A stretch of DNA of 64,000 bases from Convolutriloba macropyga (lineage: Eukaryota), in the NCBI RefSeq assembly GCF_964194025.1, contig NC_134472.1, positions 51,584,001 through 51,648,000 of the forward strand, written 5' to 3'. Below the pieces are notes generated by a model. The model had not been told where the DNA came from, searched no databases, and was given only the letters and a program-made list of their open reading frames with translations. Below are positions 25,800 to 36,785 of this stretch, in pieces; positions within the stretch are counted from its first letter, which is position 1; each line of letters opens with the position of its first letter. Made by a program: the position numbers and the translations under genes.

Positions 25800-27960
25800 T
25801 TCTAACCAATGAGATTTGTAAATAAAAATACTAAGTGATAAAACAGAAATAGAAATGAGGGCAAAAATCGAAAAATTCAATATTTTTTGAAAACAAATAG
25901 TGTCAAAGTCATAAAACGCATTAGCTAACCGTTGGGAAATTCAAACACGTGCAGAGAGGCGCAATTAGAACACCTGTGTATCACGAAAACAGTTGTCGAA
26001 TCGAAAAAAAAACTTTCAAAAACCAAAAATTTGTTCAAACATCTATTTCGCAGTCCACTTTCAAGGTAGCTTGAAAAAAACACGCTTTAAACTTACTCGC
26101 TTTCTCGGTTCCTTCACAACTCCAGCATGACTAAAACTACTAATCTAATTTGACTTCTCATTGGCGTGAAAATGCAGAAAGTATGAAATGCTCTTGAAAA
26201 AAAAAAACAAGACAGCGCACCAATAGAATCCAAATGCTTCGGATTGTAAAAAAACTCTCTCAAATTAGAGTTAAAAATTACGTCGTTCATTAAAATAACG
26301 TCACACGCAGTTCATTAAAAATGCATGAATGAAAGAACAAAAACAGAGTTGAATTGATCGTGACGTCATATGGTCGAAGCAAAATCTTGACAAAATAAAA
26401 AACAGCGAATTCCAGGAGCGAGTAGGAGAATCGCATCTTTCCAAACAAAGCCATACATGCAGCTAAATCGACTATCCGAAGCAATTAATTGCTGCCCACT
26501 AGTTAAATAAAATCTTAAGCAAAACATTAAACCCCTGACGAAATGAAAAAAAATCAGAGTTGACATAACTTAAGCAAGCAAACAAAAACAATTTTGAGAT
26601 CATTCAGAAACCATTAAAAAAGCCGTAGAAATTCGATTCTTCAAACCAAATATTACCAAATAAATCGCAGAGTGAAATCTTGAAACCCTAAAATTTGTAT
26701 TATTAGAAACATATCTGGTCAAGTTGAAATATAGTCGAAATTTTTAAGATGAACAAAACCTGATAAGAAAACTGAGCGGACTAATTGTCACGAAATAACC
26801 CGTCTAACCAATTAAGAACTCTTCAATTAAAACTGCGACCCAAAACGACATATTGTTAAAGCATCAAGAAGATTAAAGAAACTGAATTGAATTGTAATGA
26901 AAACCCGAAAAAAATAATTAGGTCTCAGGGAAACAATAAAAATCTTTGTTTTGGCGTCAGAGCATTGCAAGGAATTTAAGACCTACTTCACTCTCGTCGG
27001 CGACATCTCCGTTAACATGATTTCGAACGTATGTAAAAAAAATCAGTCTTTTTAGTTAAACTTATGAGGCAAATAGATTGTATAAAACTAACAAATTCTA
27101 AGATTTGCCTCGTCTTAAACGAAATCTACATCAAACAATAGAAAAAAATAAAAGGAAAAAGGCTGAAATCTTTGCAATTTTCAAAAACAAAAAAAATGGA
27201 CAATCACCAAAAATGGATTAGTGTATAAAAATTTTTCCAAATAAAGAAAAACAGGAATTTATTTCATGAATTATCAATGGAACGTTACCAATTACATAGA
27301 TCACAGAAATTTCCACTCCAAGATCCCAAACAAAAAAATTTAGAAAAAATTTAACTAAAAATTGAGAAATATGACCGATTTTGCACTTGAAACGCAATAT
27401 GCTCGCAACATTCAAAATTTCAAAAAAGATTGTCAAAACGCCAAAAATAATTTAATTAGTAATAGAACGAAACTAAAGTCCCTGACGCTGCACATAAAAA
27501 CTTTCTAGTAATGAAGACCGAAATACAAAAAGGAAAAATTTTTCAAAAGCCGCGGGTGGATTATTAAGTGTACAATTTTACAAAGCAAAAATACCATAGG
27601 TTAAAAAGGTATGTTGCCATAAACACTGATTTTGCGGGAAAAAAATCAGGTCGAAGATCCAAACGAAGAAAGTAATACAAAGCCATAACTTAACAAAATT
27701 TGGCACTTGAAACGCAATATTGGGCTCTTAAAATATTGTGTTATCAATTGTGTAATGAAAAACAAAATTTCAAGCAACAAATTCGGTTATTCACTCCATG
27801 AAGTTGGATTTGTTGCTCGCTTACAGATTAAAACTAGAAAACCATAGAGCCTCTTCGAGTCGTAAAAACCTCAAGGAAGCAAATACTCCTCTTCGAGTCA
27901 TAAAACCCAAGAGAAACCTTCGAGTCATAAAAAACAAAAAATAGCCCCAGCATACAACTT
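25800..27960. repeat. Mosaic interspersed repeat sharing modules with HINE family C
   Basis: 26020-26160 matches 17565-17705; 26280-26400 matches 17285-17395; cctcttcgagtc(g/a)taaaa-like motif three times at 27850-27930, related to 18468-18485. Confidence 0.55.
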
Positions 27961-28865
27961 TCATCGCTACAAAAGAGAAAGTGCAAATACAGTTAGTTTA
28001 ACAAGCCAAACGCAGAATGATTTAAAAATCGTATGAAAAACTGATTATTACTCTTATTATGCCAAATTAACTTTCTTTGCGCAAATATAGATTGACTGCA
28101 ATAAAGTAAGTTTTGAAGGGTAAATTTAGGTTAAACCAAACACAAAACTCAACCAATAGCAATATTGAAACCAAGCCAAGTTTAGTTTCGCCAACCGTAA
28201 TAACTTTTTTACCGGGTATAAAATTTGAACTTCAAATCTGTTCTACGGTCTTCATTCATTAAGGTATCATTAGCTAATTCAACTCATTTTTGATTCGCAG
28301 ACGAATCTTTCTGTTCTTCGCAGTCAAACACGGATTGCATCTCGGGCAAACCATGCAAACTGTCGCTGCTCATTACGGTAGAAATCGTATCATCACCTTC
28401 GATTATTGATTCTTTCGCATATACAAAACTACCGAATATGTCAATTGAAATCAAGTTCGACCTGTACGAGCTTTAGCAACAACTTTGAACTATATTTCTC
28501 TCGCTGCTAGTACCTTTCAAGACGTTTTTAAGGTGCACCTTTGCAAAAAAAGTTTCCAAACAAATGTGGGCTAATATTGACGCATCGCCAACGCTATTTC
28601 GAACGGAGTGCGAAGAGAGCGAGCTCAACTAATTTTCATGTTATTTTCAATTCATCAAAAGGTAGCTGCATGAAAACGAAGATACGCACAGGTCGTAAAT
28701 TAGGTTAAGAATAGGAATTTCAAAATAAATGCATCAAGTATAAACTAAACCTTAGTTGCCGTTAAAGGCAAAAAATTAAACTTTGAGAATCATCATCGAT
28801 TTGATTGTACTGAAAAATGAAACTGTGCTGAAGTACAAATTGAGCGTGCATCAGTTTGACAGTGG

Positions 28866-29012
28866 TTAGAACTGCACTTTATCCACTCTGAGACACGTGA
28901 TGTTGCAGTACAGCAGGTTGCTCCCTGCCTTCTCTCGCACATCCACGTCTACAATCTGGAATAGGAATTGACTCTCCAGGTCACTATGTCTCATCTGCGA
29001 CATCGGCTCAAC
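28866..29012 (-). CDS. Last exon of an unrecognised small spliced gene (VEPMSQMRHSDLESQFLFQIVDVDVREKAGSNLLYCNITCLRVDKVQF*)
   Basis: GC-rich island; ctaac branch-like site and gacag| acceptor at 29013; 48 codons plus TAA; phase 0 joins the upstream exon. Confidence 0.65.
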   Translation of the reverse strand, partial: VEPMSQMRHSDLESQFLFQIVDVDVREKAGSNLLYCNITCLRVDKVQF

Positions 29013-29142
29013 CTGTCACACAACTACTTTTCTCACGTTAGCCATTTTGCATAAATCCCGCTGGAAATTTCTGCATGTTGAAATTTTGTAGGCAATTTTT
29101 AACTGCGCATCATAAAAGGAGTCACTAAAAACTGCTTTTTTA

Positions 29143-29215
29143 TTGCTCCGACCCACAAAGGGTGAGAGGAACAATATGCTCAACTGCTTTCATTGTTCAG
29201 TCAATTTCGGCTGAT
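29143..29215 (+). mobile_element. Terminal fragment of HINE family A (intronic)
   Basis: ttgctccgaccc-acaaa-gggtgagaggaacaatatgctcaactg...gttcagtcaatt matches the reverse complement of 39724-39791. Confidence 0.7.
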
Positions 29216-29532
29216 AAGTTATCAAGCCTTTGTTTTTTTTAAAAAAAAATACAAGCTCAATATCAAGAGATGTATTTATACCCTAGCTTTCTGAATAAGT
29301 ATATTGATGAGCCTTATTAAAGATGTAATGCGGATTTTTTGAACTGACAGTTGCTTCCTATTTTGTCAGTCCAAATAAAATTTGGTACAAAAAATTAAGC
29401 CTGAAAACCTATCACCATTACCTGATAATTTTTTGCAGCAGCAAAACGTCACCTCGGCACAAAATCAAAAAGGTTGCCTCACAACAATATGTATCTATTA
29501 TTACCATTGGGAATGATAACATTGAAGCAAAC

Positions 29533-29664
29533 CTGAAAGACAGTCCTCCAGCCTCTCTGTTTGAACCCCCTGACAACTGGGTAGTTGAGAGTGGTAAGGT
29601 GGTTGTCCAGATGGTACAGCTTAGAACACAGGTGCTTGTCCTCCACACGAAGCAGAGCCTTCAC
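29533..29664 (-). CDS. Internal exon of the unrecognised spliced gene (VKALLRVEDKHLCSKLYHLDNHLTTLNYPVVRGFKQRGWRTVFQ)
   Basis: gtag| acceptor and CAG|gtttgc donor; 132 nt phase 0-0, stop-free, GC-rich relative to flanks. Confidence 0.65.
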
Positions 29665-30399
29665 CTACGCATTCTCAATGTTGGAAAGCACTGAAATGCT
29701 TTTTTGTCTCGATCTATTTGCATTTGTCACGACTTAATTCAGCACTTTATCGCAATATAACCACTACTATAGTTGACGATGGGAGAAAAATTACCTGGCC
29801 GATTGTTATCAATAATACAACACAATAATTCTACCCTTCTGAACAATGCGACCGCAAACACAACTGAGAAATGATGCTTGTTACATGCAATGAGGGCGAC
29901 CGATAAAAGTTTATAATCAGCGTTTCAAACTTATAATGATTAATCAATTTTTTTTTCGATGTGTCAACAGCATTTCTTAGTACTCGTGGCTTTCCTTGTT
30001 TAAAAAGCCAGAGGTGCAATTATAACATTTCCAATGAAAGGCGAACGCACAAAAAAGGTTTTCAGAATCGTTACTTCAGATTTGTTAATTTATCAGATCA
30101 GTCAAGTATGAAAACGATAAAAACTTAACTGAAACTACGATTTTTAAATGCAGGTTTTCTTGACCATATCTTTAATAGCATCACTTGGCCACAAAAAGAT
30201 GCTAAAATTTTAAAGGGTAGAAACCTCCAGAACGTAAACGACCCAGAAAGCATTACTTTCTTAGCTGAGTTGATAATAATAATTAATAAAATAATTCCTC
30301 GCTAGTCAATTACTGCGAAGCTCAAAATCTTGGGCAACCACTAGCTTGTAGAGAGCTTCCAAGCAAAATTGTACACAAGAAATTCTTTCAACTCGCTTT

Positions 30400-32855
30400 C
30401 TCTGATGAAAAATATGAGCTAGTCGAATCGAACCCAGTGATACGTGGCCTGAAAACGTCATTGTTCGGAGCTATTTTCTAAACCAGGCGCCGACGTGGTT
30501 TAAGTAATTATTAGCTTAACCGAGATCATCAGACGACCGACTAAAGACTATTCGTGGGTGTTTATAAAATGCTCGTTTGTTGAATAACAAATATGAAGAT
30601 GCATCTTCGTTTCTTATATCAAATAATTTCTTGATCGAGGTAAACGGAACATGGCTTTCAGAAGCAACTAATTACAAGCTCAATTAGATCGCTGGAGAAA
30701 CAATGTTTATCATTCCAACCGAGAACCTTCCCGTGGTGGCGGACCATCATCGTTTGTAAAGGAAAGCTGTAAAATGAATTTTGGCGGAGAAGGAGTTTAC
30801 AGAAAACTGGTAATATCTCATTGATGAAGCGTATTTCTACAAATCAATTTTCTGGTTATTGTAATCTATCGTGTTCCTGTTTGATATATATTTCAGTGCT
30901 TTCCAAAGTTTCTGATAAGTTATCGCACGTGTTGTCGGTTCATCATCCTAAGTATACAAAATGTCGGTTAATTAGTGATTTCAATGTTCCAATTAATCTG
31001 AATTCTCCCGCCGTTTCGAGTCTGCTTTCACTCTTTAACGAGCTTAACTCAGTAAATTTTGTTACTACTCCGACAATCACAAGTGGCAACATATTAGATT
31101 TAATTGTTTTTGATATTCATGGAGAGGTGGAGGTAAAAGTTCAAACCAGCACTTCTGATCATCATTTTGTATTCTTTCAATTTAATATAGATAAGAGTAA
31201 GTCCGAAAAAGTCGAGTAATTTGATTACAATGGGAAAAACGTTGACCTATTTGTTTTTGCAGATCACCTTTTTCCCAGATTTACTACTCGATCATAATTG
31301 TCCTCCTTGTTTGTCGAACCAATGTTTGTGGGATTTTCATGATTCTTTAGATGATACCCGCAAATGCTTGGCAAACTATGGAAAGCGTCTAAGCTACTAA
31401 AACAAAAAAATTGACGCAGATTTTGAATGAATCCATGTACCGAAAATGTTAATTGTCCAAAGTAAAGTTTGAGAGCTGTAGTTCCCTATTATGACATGTT
31501 ACATCAAAAACGTTCCAATTACCTCACAAATCGACTCAACAATGACAATTCACGAAATCGGTTTATGACATTTGATCAAATATTCAAGCTGAGAAGAAAT
31601 TGCCAGAGTCCAGTTATTATCACCACGTCAACTTGCTAGCAATATTAACACTTTCTTTGGACAAAATTGATAAAGTGCGTGCGTCTATCATCTCGCATTT
31701 GGATTTTATTCTCTCTGATAGAGTTGCCACAAGTTGGAAAAGTTGCCACAAGGGACAAAAGTGAAGATATATAACGTAACGTGTTGTTACTGAAATTTCA
31801 AGTTCTACATCTAACGATTTCAAATATTTTGCAACCAAGTATTCATCTCTCTGCTCTGGTCTAGTAAACTGGATCCTTCTGTCAGGCGTGTTTCCGGATG
31901 AATTGAAGCATGGTGTATCGAACCAGTTACCTGTTCGCGAATTTATTACAGAGTTGTGGGAAAAAATAGTGCTATTACAGCTAAAAGGGTATTTATCGAG
32001 AAGTTCAACGTGACTTACCAACAAATCAGTCTAGAGATAACATCATTCCACTGAAACATCACTCAATTGTTGCGTCCGAGAGCTTCACAAAAATTTGATT
32101 CAAAAGAAAACTACCTTGCTTGTGAGTCTTGATTTGGTCAGTGCTTTTGACACGGTTGACTTTGATATTTTACTAGCTATTTTCGAGAAGGAATACGATT
32201 TTTAAAAAACTGATTTAAAGAATTTACACGAACGCAAATTACACGTGAAAATCAAACATTCGATATCTATGGAATTACGTGCGCAGTCTTGAGTGCCTCG
32301 AGGCACTATATTGGGGCCGTTTTATTCTTGTTATATATCAAAACAGTTGGACCTTCTTGGTGAAATTAAAGTTCTACATAATCATTTTAACACTGATAAC
32401 CTCAATTCATTTTAATTTCAAAGAGCATTATTCAGAGAGCAGTATTTCTTCAGTGTTAAAAGATTTGAACTCTTGAAATTGAAGTGACGAAAAGATACAA
32501 TGCCTTACAAGAACAGGAACCTTACACTACAAGAACCCCTTTCCGACAGATATTATGATTCTTTTGTAACAGATTAAAATCAGCACGTGTGTAAAATTAC
32601 TTGGTTTCTATTTGGACGAGATGATTTTTGAAAAACAAATAAACAGTTCAAAATGCACAAATGAGACTACAAAGCGTTCTTTCGCTGACCAGGAAGCCAA
32701 GAGTTGGAATGCACTACCCGAGTATTTGAGAGTTGAGGTATTCCATGATAGTTTTTAAATGAAGCTGAAAATTCTTCTATTCTGCCAATCATTCTGATTA
32801 TTTCTCCGCCTTAACAGTTTTGAGGAAAGACTGGTCAAACAAATCATCATCATCA
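30400..32855 (+). mobile_element. Decayed L2-like LINE (APE endonuclease + RT) inside the intron of the unrecognised gene
   Basis: NAR..NK, TWL, RGGG, SDFN, TSGNILDLI, SDH (APE); LDLVSAFDTVD at ~32128; VPRGTILGP; 3' WNALP; (cat)n tail at ~32845; many stops and frameshifts. Confidence 0.8.
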
Positions 32856-33630
32856 AATTGATCGTTGCAAAATATTTTTTATTACTTTTAGCAACAGTAT
32901 AATGGCTCTGATTGTTTGATTTTACTACGATAGTAGTATTGCAGAACCTGTTCTATTCACATATTAACATCACTATTCACATTATATGGGAGCGTGAACA
33001 ACTGCAGTGGACTATAATACTGTAAACAAACAGAAAAATTGGACACGCTCTTTTTAATTCAGATTTAAAAATTTATATTTCTCATCTGTCAGTTTCAATC
33101 TTTACTAATATCAGCCACTTAATGCAAAACAGCGCCTATTTGCCTCATAAACCAGAGCAGATACCGTTTTTAAGCCTTGGCCCTAGCAATATATCAAACA
33201 ATATTTTAATGAAAAGATGTTGGCGAAACCTGAGCGAAGCACAATTTAACGCTCATTATTTTTGCAAAACAGTCTTGCAAAACAGAAAACTCTGAAAATG
33301 GAGTGGTGCCCGTGCGCAGTGAAGCGCCATAGGTTGTGAGAGGCAAAAAATAACACCTGAAAAATTAACACCGGATTTCTATTTCTTTCTACCGTCGTTG
33401 GTTTTTAATAAACGTTTTGAAAATAACGTTGGTTTTTAATAAATTATCGTTATCTTCTATCCTACAAAAGGAAAACAAGAAGTCAAACAAGAAATCTCGC
33501 AATATTTTCAGAAAGTTCAACAATTCGTACTTTACAGAGAACAAAACTTTCCAAAGCGTTTAGATGCCACCTTCTAATACAACAAATTCTAAAAAAACAG
33601 TGTTTTCGAAGATCAAAAGGAAAAGATTAC

Positions 33631-33659
33631 CTGGTCGAATTCTGGTACCAGTCGGTGGC
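33631..33659 (-). CDS. 29 nt exon of the unrecognised spliced gene ((G)HRLVPEFDQ)
   Basis: Strong splice sites tttttcag| and CAG|gtaatc; phase 1-0, compatible with neighbouring exons. Confidence 0.55.
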
Positions 33660-33755
33660 CTGAAAAACGAGCTACAAAAGGTGTGCCCATAATAAGCAAG
33701 AAAGATGCACATATGTCCTCCTTGAGATGAGTTAAGACTTTACCATTAATCATAC

Positions 33756-33774
33756 CATGCTCACACTCAGCCAT
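33756..33774 (-). CDS. Candidate first coding exon of the unrecognised gene (MAECEH-G)
   Basis: ATG GCT GAG TGT GAG CAT G|gtatga; a 96 nt GT-AG intron joins it in phase 1 to the 29 nt exon. Start assignment is tentative. Confidence 0.4.
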
Positions 33775-35616
33775 AGTAAAGTCAATACAATGCATAAATA
33801 TTTCATAAAATTGCAAAAATGTTGTCCAATTAATACAGAATTTGATACAACAAAAACTAATTATAGAGCAAAAACAACAATTCAAAAGGAATAATTTGAA
33901 TAAATGTTCGAAAACGTCAGAACTCAACCGCTATTTATTCTCAAAATAGGGAAAATGAAGCTATCAGAGAGGCAATGGTTAGTGGCATAGATGTCAATTG
34001 AATGGCGAAGAATGGCAAAAAGCAATAAAGAGCCAATTAGTAAAACAGGAAGCTAGATTGAGCTCAATGTTTTACCCAACTATAATCGGCAATAAATCAA
34101 AGAATATTACCCCAGGAACTAAATGTGAAACTATTAATAGCTTCTACTAATAGAAGCGTCCAGGTAATAACCAATGGCTGCTCAGTAAAAAAATTCTTCT
34201 ATGTAGCTCAGAATAATAATCGGCTTAAGCTGACAGAACGCGAAGGGATGCGAAAATGACGTCGAAAAGGGGATACTGAGATAAAATCTCAACAAGAGCA
34301 CGTTAAAAGCCCACAGGCATCCATTTACGCATATTCAAATGTTTTCAAATATCCAATTATTGTCGTAGGTTGCTACAGTTCGAATCGAAGCAATTTCTAT
34401 CATCCCACTGAGTGTTGATTTCAATGGCAAACCGTCAATTAAGCTGCACTGCCTTCATAATTTTCAAATTGCTAGACTCTAATTACAAAATTGAGAACAC
34501 CAACGCGCTTGCAGAGATGCACACACGCTGACCCTAATGCCCTGCCTATTAAAAAAAAACGAGCCGATGTAGGATTAGAAATATTGGAAAATTATTGGAT
34601 CAAATCATGTGTAAAAAGTATTCTTGAAAGGAGAAACAGCGTTAAGTTAATGTTTACAAAATCAGGAAATGAGAATGAGCGAATAAGGGTGTAAATTAAC
34701 GAGTAAAAACAAGACTTCATTAGCAAGGAAAACATATCCAGGAGATGGGTAAACTGACTCCTTGTCAAGGAGAGGCAAAAGGTAAACTTAATTACACAAG
34801 TGACAGATTGGTGTCTCTCTGCTCCGATACCATCCTTTCCTAATCACGGAAATTATTTCTCAAGACGCTCAAACAGCCCAGAGCAATAGCTACAGTATCA
34901 CACATTGCAGTAACAGCCACAAGTTAAAACAACAATATCACTCAAAAAACTTAATCGCTTAAGGCTGATGTACACCTACTACAGAATTGCAATCAGGCCA
35001 CACAAACAAAACAATTCGATAAACCGAGAAACATTAAGCTGCGATGAAAGCTTAATGTGTTGACATGATACATGTAATGCCGATACTAAAATCCCGACTC
35101 TTACTTTTTAAAAGGCATTGTTGAGCTCCGCAGTTATCAGCAAGGATTATGAATGTGCGATAGAACGTTGCATGAAAGTTCGGAGCTACTCAGATTTTCG
35201 GCTTATGGTTGACTCTTGTGACGGATAGAAGGCTTGAAAACAATGGTGCTGTCCCGTTTAAGATCTGAATACTCAAATTAGTTGCGAATTATGTTTTCAT
35301 TGTTGATATAAGTGCTTTGAGCTCCAGCCCAGCTGGTATAATTATTTATATCTATGGGGTTTGATTTATACAAGCGCTAACAGCTATAATTTTTCATATA
35401 TTATAACCAAGAGTTCCGGAGATGTGATTTGGTAACGTTTTTCACCCATAAACATCCAATTCCAAAAAAGTTTTCAATGTTTTTTCTTTAGTGTTAATCG
35501 ACTACTTTTACCTTTTGATTGAAAATTTCAGTAGCTAGAGAACTGTTTGTTAAAAAATCACTGACTCCAAAATAGAGGTTCTATAAAGATAATTTTGAAA
35601 AAGCACCTAAATATAA

Positions 35617-35999
35617 CTTCACTTTCTAATGTGTATTGCAAGGAGAGAATTATGTTGGTGTTGTATAATGTTTGATGCCAACAACGCAATATTGGACATT
35701 AAATGCAGCGTCAATCATCAATTTTCACGGTTTATTTTCTCCCAATTTTGTTAATGGTAACAATGTCAAAAATTATGGTAATAGTACCAACGGTGAAAAT
35801 ATCTTACCATTTTCTCTCCTTGCAATACACATTAGAAAGTGAAGATATTTTCACCGTTGGTACTATTACCATAATTTTTGACATTGTTACCATTAACAAA
35901 ATTGGGAGAAAATAAACCGTGAAAATTGATGATTGCCGCTGCATTTAATGTCCAATATTGCGTTGTTGGCATCAAACATTACAACGCCAACATAATTCT
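35617..35999. repeat. Long inverted repeat (~160 bp arms) whose loop holds an inverted copy of the left flank
   Basis: 35646-35805 vs 35842-35999 differ by 2 substitutions and one 2 bp indel; 35812-35844 is the exact reverse complement of 35617-35649. Confidence 0.95.
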
Positions 36000-36785
36000 T
36001 AACTGTTCCTAATTTTAAACATAAAAGAGTTACCAAGTTAAGCAAAAAAATATTTACACTTTACACGGTTTGACAGTAAATACCTTAGTTTGCATTCAGT
36101 CGATGTCAAGTCTGCTAAAAATGGATTTTTTTATTTGACGATTTTACTCAAAGATTGTAAAAATGGAAAAATAAACCATTTCCGAGATTGTATGTTTATT
36201 GTGAGATTGTGACGCATATGCAGTAAAAAAAAGTTGATAAAGAGAAATGATGATGGCGGACTCAGCAACTAGTTGAAGAAAAAACAATAATCTACAAATA
36301 TCTGAATAAATAAGCTGTCAAGAATGCGAAACCGTTGTTTCTTCCAGAAAATAGCACAAATAAGCAATTAATCAACAGGTTTTATGATCAATAATAAAGG
36401 ATGCTTAATTTACAAAAAGGGGCAGTTCCCGATAAAAACATTTAAGGCACCATGGACAGTTTTGTCAAGTACTCTTTTATCAGTTCTGAGCAGATAGGGT
36501 TTTTTAAATCTTTAGATTTCGTTTTCTCTTCAGTACTGTAAAGAATCACTCGGCACATCCTGAAAAGGGTGAAACAATTTCAAAATGTTCTGATGCAAAT
36601 CAATTGAATGATTGAGCCCATAATCAACAAACTATGACAAATGTACCGTACGTCACAGCCGAGCAGAAAAAAAATCCGAAAATATTTTGTCAAAAATTCA
36701 AAAAAATTTTTGATTCCATTAAGTAGGAGCAAAACATTCAATCAAAATTTTTTCATCAACAGTAAAACGACATTAATGGCAAAAA

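Noticed and set aside
36450-36559. Candidate extra exon ttttcag|G ATG TGC CGA... (MCRVILYS...LSM) of the hidden gene
   Set aside because: Good acceptor, but no phase-compatible strong donor to join the 29 nt exon; left unassigned and may be UTR or an alternative exon.
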